Shown: piece after piece, positions 37,031 to 46,785 of the stretch
Numbering within the stretch: position 1 is the first letter of the stretch
Layout: each line of letters starts with the position of its first letter
Assembly (NCBI RefSeq): GCF_009834535.1
Contig: NC_045697.1
Location: forward strand, 118,794,001 to 118,858,000
Direction: 5' to 3'
Length of the DNA: 64,000 nucleotides
Origin: Camelus ferus
Lineage: Eukaryota
Translations under genes and position numbers: made by a program
Notes under the pieces: model-generated
Databases searched by the model: none
The model's input: the letters and a program-made list of their open reading frames with translations, nothing else
Told to the model about the DNA's origin: nothing

Positions 37031-38084
37031 TTGAAGTGTTTTGTTGGCTTGTTCTTCAGTCTGATGCCTTTTTGCCAAAGTTACACTGACAAAGTTACAA
37101 GCCCTGTCTGTGTTCAACTACGTTTTTGTTATTGACGTTTGGCATCTTGTGAGGCACTTTTCCACTTCTCGGGGCATCAGGTTTGAGCAGCCAGCTTCGC
37201 CTGCTACTTGCTCTCGTCAGTTGCGCAAATGCCGTGGCTTTGTTTGTTGTTTCCCCGTCATGGTGTGTTACACGTCACTCTGCCCTGTGACCCCCACAGC
37301 CCTGAACGTCTTCAGTGTTCCTGAGGCTCCTGTTCTTCTGACTCAGACTCAGCTTCTGTCCTGGAGGAATTTGGGGGGAAGGCAAGGGAGCGCATAGTTG
37401 GCCCGCAGTTTTCTTTCGCTTTCTCCTGACTTCTAATAAATGCTGTAAGAAATATTACGAATCTTATTCTCTTTTTGTATCCTGAATCTTGCCCAGTAAT
37501 AGGAAATATTAAATTGATAGATGTTAAATGAATAAAACTTCTATCTCAAGGTTAAAAATCAAAGTATAAACATTTCCTTGTGCAGTTCCTATCAAATTCA
37601 TTTATCAAATCTTGAATATGACCAACTAAAGTTTTTTGTAAGTTACAATTCTCATCGCTTATCACTTTTTCAATGTTTCATTTCTGTGTGGCTTCATTTA
37701 ACAAATATTTAAGGCTTTGAATAATCCTTATCTCACTTTTACTTAAAGGAAAGTGAAATTCTAGTACGTCCTTTTTCTTAAGTGCAAAGAGGAGGTCTCC
37801 AGAGTTCCTGCAGTTTACATGAATTTGTTGATGCTTAGAAGATCCTGTCCCACAGAGTAATTTTCCAACATGTAGTTTACTTTTGTTTGGTTGAAGATTA
37901 TTCCTGTGGTCTTTTCAAAGGCTTGATGATTGAGTTTATGTATGTTTGTCACCAATATGTTTGTCTCCAATAACATTATGCATTTTTATACTTAACAAGT
38001 CTTTCTAAGCAGAAAACTGAACGTTCTGTATGAATTACTTGATAAACTGAAAACTTATCTTCAGTTAGGAATATGCCATTTTTA

Positions 38085-38545
38085 TTTTGTTTGTTTATTT
38101 GAGATACAGTTGATTCATGATATTCAGCATGATTCAGGTGTCCAGCTCAGTATTTTTATAATTTATACTCCATTAAAAGTTACTATAAAGTAATGGGTGT
38201 AAGTCCCTGTGCTGTACAGAACACCCTTGTTGCTTGTGTGTTTTGTACGTAGTTGACTATATCTCTTAATTTCATACCCATATCTTGCCCTCCCTTTTGC
38301 CTTCCCTCTCCCTACTGGTAACCACTAGCTTGTTTTCTTTTTTGTGAATCTGTTTCTGTTTTGCCATATACATTCCTTAGTTTTATTTTTTAGATTTTAC
38401 ATGTATGTAATGTCACACTGTACCTGTATTTCTCTACCTGACTTATTTCCCTGAGCATGATACATCCATCCACAGTGCTGCAAACGGCAGAATTTTACTA
38501 TCTCACTGCTGAGTCACATGCATCGTGTTTGTGTATATATACCAT
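38085..38545 (-). mobile_element. LINE-1 3' end
   Basis: tttgagatacagttga...ccctgtgctgtaca...ggtaaccactag. Confidence 0.75.
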
Positions 38546-38905
38546 GGGTGGCTCATGCCCAAGAAAAGCCCAGACTCGCAGAAATGTTCCAGCAAAGCAG
38601 GAGCATTAAAGGCTGGTAGGGGAGGGGGGTCGCAGGGTACTCGATCAGCTCACGCATAATTCTCTGGTTGGTTGGTGTTGAGGTAACAGGGCAGTCAAAA
38701 CTGTCAACCCCTAGGTGCCAGGATGTCTGGGGGCCACGTGCTCTTGATCACCAAGTAGTTAACTTCTTACCTTTGGTGATGGTTTTGAGCATCTGAGAAA
38801 CTCAGGAGATCTACATGAGACACTGCATCTGCTATCTGGGTAACTCAGAGAGGAGCCACAGCAGAGGACACGGGCAAGGGGTCTGACCCTGGAAAGCCCC
38901 ACAGG
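38546..38905 (-). mobile_element. ERV1-type LTR fragment
   Basis: gggtggctcatgccc...gatcagctcacgcataattctctggttggttggtgttgaggtaacaggg...gtagttaacttct, typical of laurasiatherian ERV1 LTRs. Confidence 0.55.
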
Positions 38906-39544
38906 ATAAAACAAAAGTAAATGAAAATCTTGACGTGTCTAAAATACCTTAGACAGAGTATATATTCATAAATAATGGATTAGGCTTAAGATACAGTTAA
39001 TGTGAACTGGTAATACATTCCTCTGAAACAGGTATCAGTGAATGCCGTCTGAGTATATCTTATTTCTGTGCGAAACATATTTATCAGCCTCCACATATGT
39101 CTCTCTAATAAATAACAAAATGATAAGGATTATTTGTTTTATGCAAACCAAGTAATATATTTACTTTCTATAGAGTTTTTACCAGCTTACAAAATTTTCC
39201 CCCCAAATTCAATGTTGATAACATTGTTTCTAGTTGTTATTTCCAATATACATGTGTGAATATTGAGATTCATGGCTTGCCCAGTTTTTCACAATTAACC
39301 GCTACTAAAGAGCTAGTATTCAAATTTGTGTCCATTCACCATAAAGTGTTTGATTTTCCATTTTGTTTTCCACCCCAGTTTTTATCTGAGAGCCTGCATC
39401 AAACTGGTCTCAGTTAAGTATGTTGGATTGAAGTGGATTTATAGGGTTGGCTGAGTACAGAGAGAATAAAAAATGACTAGGCTAGTGACTAACTGAAAAA
39501 AGAAGGCAAAAAGATTGTAAAATCTCTTTAAGTTTTATTTCTTT

Positions 39545-41080
39545 ATCTTTACATTTTAATTTCAGCTTTATTAAGGCATAATTGACCTCTAATTGTAGAA
39601 TATTAATACGATGCTTTGAAGTACATATACACAGTAAAATAATTCTTTCCATCTAGTTAACACATCCATCACCTCAAATATTTATCCTTTTTTTCTCAGT
39701 GTGAACACATAGTTTCTGCCCTTAACAATCTCAGTTATACAATACGGTGTTACCAACGCTAGACACCATGTTTTACTTCAGCTCCTGAAACCTTACTCAT
39801 ATTATAGCTGAACGTTTCTATCGTTTTACCAAACACTCATGATTTCTCCACCCTCCAACCTTGGTAATCATTTTTCTTCTCTTTGTTTCTATGAATTTGA
39901 CTTTTCTTTTTTAATAAAGATTCTACATATGTGTGATACCGTGGGGTCTGGCTTATTTTGATTAATGCCCCCAAGTTGCCACAAGACGACTGAGTAATAG
40001 CCCACTGAGTATGTGTGTTTGTGACTTCTTTATCCGCTCATCCTTGGACGGTCATTGAGTTTGTTTCCGTGTCTTGGCTGTTGGGTATAATGCTGCATGG
40101 ACATGGCTGTGCAGACACCTCTTTGATACCCTGTTTTCATTTCCTATGGCTGTACACCCAGAGGCGGAACTGCTGGATCCCAAATTAGTTCTTGTTTTAA
40201 TTTTTTTGAGGAGACTCCATACTGTTTTCCGTAAGGACTATTTCAGTTTACATTCCCAGCAGCAGTTTATCAGGATTATCTTATCCTAACAAATACTTGT
40301 AGTGCACTTTTTTTTAATTTTTGTTGAAGTACAGTCAGTTACAATGTGCCAGATGTCCCAGCGTTGCATATATATACATAATACTCATTTTGATATTCAT
40401 TTTCATTAGAGGTTATTATAAGATATTGAATCTAATTCCCTGTGCTATACAGAAGAAATTTGTTTTTTTAAATCTATTTTTATATATAGTGGCTAATATT
40501 TGCAAATCTCAAACTCCCAAATTTATCCCTTGCCACTCCCTTTCCCCCAGTAACCATAAGATTTTTAATATGTCTGCAAGTCTGTTTCTGTTTTGTAAAC
40601 GAGTTCATTAGTGTCCTCTTTATTTCTTTTTTTAGATTCTATATATGAGTGATATCATGGTATATTTCTTTTTCTGGCTTCACGTAGAATGACCATCTCT
40701 GGATCCATCCATGTTGTTGCAAATGGCATTGTTTTATTTTTTATGCCTGAGTAGTATTCCATTATAGAAATATATCACAACTTCTTTATCCAGTCATCTG
40801 TCAATGGATGTTTAAGTTGCTTTTGTGTCTTGGCTGTTGTATATAGTGCTGCTGTGAACATTGGGGTGCATGTATGTCTTTGAATTAGAGTTCCCTCTGG
40901 ATATACACCCAGGGTGGGATTGCTGGATCAGACACGGTCTATTTTTAGTTTTTGGAGGAATCTCCTTACTGTTTTCCATAACGGCTGCACCAAACTACGT
41001 TCCCAGCAGCCGTGTAAGAGGGTTCTCTTCTCCACAGCCTCTCTAGCGTTTAGTATTTGTGGACTTTTTTAATGATGACA
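39545..41080 (-). mobile_element. Two adjacent LINE-1 3' ends (older ~39545-40290, younger ~40305-41080)
   Basis: Two successive antisense L1 3'UTRs, each starting with a T-run. Confidence 0.8.
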
Positions 41081-41960
41081 AACTTAATGTGTATTTTTGA
41101 ATCTTCTGTCAAGCCAGCTGCTTCAAATATTTTCCTAAATTTAGAAAAGTGTACTATTTCCTAACGTCAGGTTTATACACACTCCTCCAGAGAGCAGGCA
41201 CAGCAAACACACCACACCGCTTTCACTGAAGCAGGAGATGCCACCCTCGCAAAGACGGTACAGGAAAGGGGACTCACAGCTCAGCTCTTCTGAATGTACG
41301 TGTGCAAACCTGAAAGCAAATAGGAGAGGCCTAAATGCAGAAGTTTTTTAAAAGGGAAGAGACTGGAATTCCCAGGCAGGATTTCCATGGGTTGATGAAG
41401 ACAGGGCCACTGTCAGCTTGAGTGTTGCCTGGGAGCGTGGTGAGAAGGGACAGTTACATGAGGTCAGTGGGAGAGTCTGTCTGTTGATCCCCAGAGTCCC
41501 GGGGTGGGGTCTTCCGGCTGAGGTCATGGAGGGCACCCTATCACAGGCCATGGTTCTCTGTCCCTGTCGCTCCCTGGTCTAGAGAAGGATGAGGAGTTTA
41601 TAGAATAGAGCCTCGGTTTTGGTGAAGAGAGACTTGAACTCCTGCCCATTTTCTGACCAGCCTTTGTCCAGGCTACTCGATCAGGTGATCAGATCACAAG
41701 TTAGTGAGACGCTGAGTGTCACAGACTTAATTAACTAAGCCACGCAAACAGCAGCCCAGACGGCCACCTCCCCAGGGAATGCACGTTAACTGCTCATCCA
41801 GGGTCTGTCAGTTGCAGGGAAGAAACCTTGGCAGAGCAACCACGTCGGTTGAGAACGTCCTGAGCTCTGAGCCAACTGAAGAGCCAAACTGATGACTGGG
41901 TCACACAGTGGGGTCAACTGGTCACTCGGGGGGTGGTCAAATGATCACTCAGGTGTGATG

Positions 41961-42602
41961 TGTAAGGCTTAAGCAGGCGAGCTGGCTCTGAAACAAAACA
42001 AAAATCACAAGGGAAACAAAAAGTAAGTCATCACTGTAGGATCAGGCCAGCAAGAACGGCAGCTGCTGGCTTGCAAAAGACAACACCTGGCCGAGCGCAG
42101 TAGCACAGTGACCGTGGGCCAGGCAGACGAGCAAATGGACAGTGGCCCCACACCTTCTAAGCGCTAAAGGCCCCCCAATGCGTTAAAGGTCACCAATCAA
42201 AACTAACCACCACCCGTCTCCCCCCATGCCTGCGACCCCCACCCTAGCCCTTTTGCTTGACTGGTTGATAATTCAACAAAATGCCGAGGTTGTCAGGAGT
42301 TGGGGGGCGATCTGGGTCCAGTGCACTCCTGGCCTCGGATAGGCTGGTAGAAGCGCGGGCCCGGTCCCCTCCCGTCCTGAGCCCGTCTGCCTTGCGCCTG
42401 AACACTTGGCTCTCGGCTCTTTCTTCACTCCGCACACAAGCAACTGGGGATGCAAAGTCCAGGGAACCCACGCATGGTGGTCGTCAGAAAAAAAGATAGC
42501 TGACAGGTTTTTTAGGGTCCCCAGGTTTGTCGGGCTGGAGATGCTCAGAACCCGAGAAAGGCTTGATCACCCTCGGCCCAGCAGAGACACCTGAGCCTGA
42601 CA
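41961..42602 (+). mobile_element. Putative 5' LTR (TG...CA); left edge uncertain
   Basis: Ends ...gcctgaCA two bases before the PBS. TGTAAGG at 41961 is a plausible start. Confidence 0.5.
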
Positions 42603-42604
42603 AG

Positions 42605-42622
42605 TGGTGCCCCATGTGAGGA
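42605..42622 (+). promoter_or_regulatory. Primer binding site complementary to elongator tRNA-Met
   Basis: TGGTGCCCCATGTGAGGA versus TGGTGCCCCGTGTGAGGA, the recalled reverse complement of the tRNA-Met 3' end; one CpG-type mismatch. Confidence 0.8.
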
Positions 42623-42858
42623 GCATCTTTCCGGCATCTCGCGATCTTGTGGCTTCTTTCCTTATGAGAATGGCCCGTTTCTTCCCTTCCCTTTGCCTTT
42701 TTCTGATAACTCTGGCCTGGCCCACTGGGCTTGCCTGTGGTGGCGCCAAGTTAGTCCTGACGCCCTTGGTGTCCGGACACTAGCCAGTTACAATTTGACC
42801 AAATTACGGGGTTGCACAAACAACAATGCAACCAACGCAACTGAAATCGACCCTAAAA

Positions 42859-44468
42859 ATGGGAAATGTGACTTCCGGGCGGCCAGTAGCCCTGTTACAA
42901 CCATTCTCTTAGTTTGCTGCCTGGGAAACGGCGGCTGTGCGGTTACCGGTGCTGTGGGGAAAACACTAAGCCATCCTGCTCCCCACAACAGCCCCAGCCC
43001 GTCATTCAGCCTCCCTGGCAGCCCACCCGGCGTCTAAGGCCCGAGCCCCATCCACAGGCCCTGCACTGCCCTCCAGACCAGCCTGAGGAACTGAGGCACT
43101 TTCTTCAGCTCACCCTCGGGAAAGCTCAGTCCACACCCCGATCTAGGGGGGCATGCACGACATGGGGTTTGCTGGAAAACGTGATAGCCAACAAGGACCG
43201 CTTGGGATATGGGAATTATGGAAAGGGAACAGCTGAGTCCTGGATGAAAACATTAAATACAAGGAGTGTTTCCCCAGTGAGGGTGCCCTGGAACCCTCCG
43301 ACTGCCATAGAACAACCCAAATACTTAATAATGGGAAGGCGTAAAGATCTCCCACTACTGGCTCTGGCCAAGACCATGTGGGAGGAGACAAACCCCAGAG
43401 CCAACCTGGTGCCGGCTAGAGGCTGCGAGAGAACCTGGGAAGCTGGACCTCCCAGCTCCACGCCAAAGGAGGGAACCCAGGGAGCCCCCCCAAGAGCCAT
43501 AGATCCAGAGGAATGGGATGGGGATATTTGGAATAATAACCCCAGTCCCTTCTGGAAGGTCCTTGCCACTCAGGCCTTTCCAGTCATCCAAGATGCCCAA
43601 GGCCTCCCACAGTGGGTACCTTGGAATACCCAGGCCTATAAAGACCTGAGGGAAACCAAGGAATATGGTCCAGGCAGCCCAGGGTGTGTACAAGTCCTCC
43701 GGGGCATCACAGATGCCACCAATCCCACCGGCCTGGATCTAAGGCACCTGCTCAGGGGAGTTCTCACGCCAGTGCAAATGGCGATGGCCACCAGTCTGAT
43801 CCAGGAGCAAATCGAGCAATGGGTTGCTAGTCCAGCCAACACTCAACCATGAAAGGCAGCACAGTTGGGGGAAATGACCAGCGTGTGCACTCCCTCCCCA
43901 GTACAGCTCTTCGCCGATGTTATCAGGACCGGGTTATTGAGGCCATGGAGCGCTGGCCCCAGGGGGGTCTCCGGGAGGCTCTGGCCAAGGTCCTGTGAGG
44001 CCCCATGGAGGAGTATTCAACCTTCCTGGATAGGCTGCAAAAGGCGGCGGACCAGGTCACCTTCAACTCAGGGACCCAAGAGATTCTCATAGAGGAACTC
44101 TCAGTTACCAACGCCATCAAACCCATTCACAACACCTTTACTGCTCGAGGGCAAAAAAAAGGGAGCCTACCTGACAAAATTTGGGTAGCAAATGAGATCC
44201 ATCCCGAGGCTGTGGCCCTCGCGGAGGCCCGAACAGCCACAGTGGCCAGGCAAGGTGTCCTGGGCCCAGAGGCCCTCAACCAAAAAGGCCTTGTTTTTAT
44301 TGTGGGCAAGGTGGGCACTGGAAAAGTGAATGCCTTTGTAGGCACCAAGGCACAGGCAGAAAACCTATGCCTGACCCCACTGTCAGGCCAAAAACACCCT
44401 GCCCCATGTGCCAAAAACCTGGTCACTGGGCAGCCTTGTGCCCCGAGAGGCCGGCAAAAAACGGATAG
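42859..44468 (+). pseudogene. gag: Retroviral gag, frameshifted
   Basis: MGNVTS (MGxxxS myristoylation) at 42859. CA start TQAFPVIQD..PW..YGPGSP. MHR GPMEEYSTFLDRLQ. CFYCGQGGHWKSEC (44292-44333) and CPMCQKPGHWAALC (44400-44441). TAG 44466-44468. Confidence 0.9.
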
Positions 44469-44499
44469 CAGGAGGGCCAGTAAGTCCCCATGGCCCTCC
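44456..44499 (+). promoter_or_regulatory. -1 ribosomal frameshift signal (gag to dUTPase/pro)
   Basis: A AAA AAC in the gag frame, 8-nt spacer, perfect 9-bp stem ggagggcca (44471-44479) / tggccctcc (44491-44499). The -1 frame enters the dUTPase-like ORF 44408..44701. Confidence 0.85.
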
Positions 44500-44544
44500 C
44501 CCAGATGACTCAGAGGGAGAAGTCGTCATCTGCCATGGGGACAC

Positions 44545-44885
44545 CCCTGCCGTAGCCCTCAAATGTCAAGCCCTGCGACCTGGCGCCCAAGCCCTGTGGC
44601 CCATTATGGATGGTGCCGACTGCTTTGATCTCTTCACAGCCATGATCAGAGACTGCCAGGAGCTGGGGTGGTCACCCCAGTCCCCCTGGGGGCCAGTCTG
44701 AATATCCCACCAGGGCTTATTGGCTGCGTTGATGTCAGGTGGCCAAAATGATATAATTTTGACACAGGAAACAATTGGCTACTCCCAGGGATTCGGACTG
44801 AGGTGATTCTCCAATAAAAAAATTACAATAATCTGGACTGGGACATGCGCACCAGGGATCACTGCCCAACTTGCAGTACTTGGCA
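44545..44885 (+). pseudogene. dut: Decayed dUTPase between gag and protease
   Basis: LKCQALRPGAQ...GADCFDLFTA (motif 1, AG.DL). After a frameshift, PVPLGASLNIPPGLIGCV..R, then N...D....RD..AQLAVL. Confidence 0.6.
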
Positions 44886-44914
44886 CTTCCCCCATCTGAT
44901 GGGGTCAAGCCCAG

Positions 44915-45283
44915 ACATTCCCGGTCCTGGACGTGGATCATCGACCTGTAATCAGAGTATGAGTTGCAGGCCAGGAAGTCTGAGGCCACCTCAATACAGG
45001 CGCCGACAGGTCGGTGGTCGGGAAGGACTTGGCTCATGGTACTGGCAAGCCACTGGATCCAGTAGAGGGGGCAGTGTGGGGAATTGGGGGCCTCATGGGA
45101 CAACTACAAAAATTTTGAGCGCCTGTCACCATGGCCCTCCCAGACTATCAAATAAAGGAAGAGACATAGGACCCCATAATTGTCCCAGACCTGCTCCAAG
45201 TCATCATCGGCTGGGATGTCCTAGCAAAATGGGGCATTAAGATCAAAATTCTGGAGGTGGGAAACGAGTGGGGGACCCACTGA
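44915..45283 (+). pseudogene. pro: Retroviral aspartic protease with stops; G GGA AAC slippery site at 45259-45265
   Basis: PVLDVDHRPVIRV*VAGQEV*GHLNTGADRSVV (DTGAD with D>N), flap VWGIGG, IIGWDVLAKWGIKI. An imperfect hairpin follows the slippery heptamer. Confidence 0.85.
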
Positions 45284-45350
45284 AGCTGACTCAGGGTGAT
45301 CCCCTGACCCTGCCCGGTCGCCTGAGAATCATCTTAAACAACATTGGCTG

Positions 45351-46060
45351 GAGCCTATTGCTAAGCCCCTGGACACCACCAAGGCAGGACCAAAAATTCC
45401 CCAATGGCCCTTAAGTAGGGAGTGTCTGGCCACCATTAAGAACTTAGTCACAGAAAAATGGGGGGCAGGCCAAACTGAGCCCTCAGACTCACCATGGAAC
45501 ACTCCTTGGTTGGAACATTGCTTGCCACAACCTGGCCAGTCCCAAGAGGGCATCCCTTGGCTGGGGAGACCCCCTATGACCCACCCACATGTCTCAATAC
45601 TAGACAGCAAGGTCGCCTTTTTCACAGTCCCCGTGAAAAAGGGGTACAGGCCTTCTCTTGCATTTATGGTTCCCACGGCCAACTGCGAGGGTCCAGCCCC
45701 ACGCTCCCCATGGACTGTGTTTCTCCAGGGCATGGCTTTCTCTTCAGAAGGGTGCCAAAAGGCCCTGGCAACCATCCTTGACCCCTGGCGGGAACTGCAC
45801 CCTCAGCGCATTGTGCTGGCCTGCATGGGTGATACCCTGCTGGCTAGCCAAAATGAGGGAAGCCACAGGACCTAATTGCTACCCTTAATTCCTGGGGCTT
45901 CCAAGTTCCAAAAAAGAAACATACAACATGACCCTCCATTCAAATGCCTGGGCTGGGAGCTTGCCGAAAAGTTCAAATGCCCCACCGTCACCCTTGCCAG
46001 AGCATCCAGTTTAGTGGCGCTCCAAGGCCTGCTAGGGGAACTCAACTGGAGACAACCTGC
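45351..46060 (+). pseudogene. pol: Reverse transcriptase N-terminal half, disrupted and truncated
   Basis: GPKIPQWPLS..SPWNTP; ILD.K.AFFTVP; W.V.(L)QGM..S; CMGDTLLAS (decayed YMDD); PPFKCLGWEL; LQGLLGELNW. Confidence 0.92.
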
Positions 46061-46064
46061 TGTT

Positions 46065-46395
46065 CCTGAGACAGTCTTTATAATGTAAACAAATAAAGTG
46101 TTCACCTGAGTTCCGTGAGTCATTATCAACAAGTATTGAACCTACAGGGGAAGGTCATGGGAATCCACTAGTTCGTGGTTGGCCAGGAAGAACCACCAGC
46201 ATCCCGGGCACCCCCTTTGCAGCTGGTGTCTGCAGGGGGGTAGCGTGGTGAGACCGAGTCCTTAGCCCATGGAGTCTGCACCAAGTTCAGACAGCTCCTA
46301 AGCTGAATCGAACTGCTGGACATCCAGTCAGTGTCAGAGGACTGAATGATGTTGGAAAACACACACACACACTGGTGTTAGATGTAGTGTCAGAT
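46065..46395 (+). mobile_element. MER21-like LTR, 3' part
   Basis: ctttataat..aaagtgtt..cctgagttccgtgag..ttgaacc..ggtcatgggaa..gagtccttagccc..ggacatccag. Confidence 0.65.
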
Positions 46396-46609
46396 ATTGG
46401 CACAATAACCAGCACGCTGCCCTAAGAACGAAGATAACTAGCACTGAGCTCTCACTGTGTTTTCTTCTTTTCTCTTCTAATCCTCAAGGTAGGATTAAGT
46501 GGACAAGCTGTTCGCAAGCCCACCAGGAAAACGCAGCTGGAGGGAGGCTGAAGGCGTTCTTTCACAGGGAATAACTAACGTGTCAGGTGCAGAATTCACA
46601 ACAGTAAGA

Positions 46610-46785
46610 GTTTCCCATTGCTGCTCTAACAAGTGAGTGCAAACTCAGTGACTTGAGGCAGCACAAGTTTATTATCTTGCTGCTTGAAATCAAGGTGCCC
46701 CCAGGGCTGCATTCCTTCTGGGGCCAGAGGAGACAATCCGTTTCCTTGCCTTTTCCAGCTTCTAGAGACCACCTGCATCCTTCAG
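46610..46785. mobile_element. MaLR (MLT1) LTR fragment
   Basis: ttgctgctctaacaa..cacaagtttattatctt..gaaatcaaggtg..tttccttgccttttccagcttctaga. Confidence 0.75.

Larger units (their letters stand above)
41961..46060 (+). mobile_element. Degraded class II endogenous retrovirus: 5' LTR-PBS-gag-dUTPase-pro-pol (truncated in RT)
   Basis: PBS, myristoylation start, MHR, two CCHC knuckles, two slippery sites, protease and RT motifs occur in the correct order (see sub-features). No 3' LTR or env is visible. Confidence 0.93.

Noticed and set aside
42738..42755. Second, Lys-type PBS (tggcgccaag)
   Set aside because: Only a short partial match and not adjacent to an LTR-terminal CA.
41961..46060. Calling the ERV a true endogenous lentivirus or deltaretrovirus
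   Set aside because: dUTPase before pro, two frameshift sites, QGM in RT and a Met PBS do not fit either genus. Only a phylogeny can place it.
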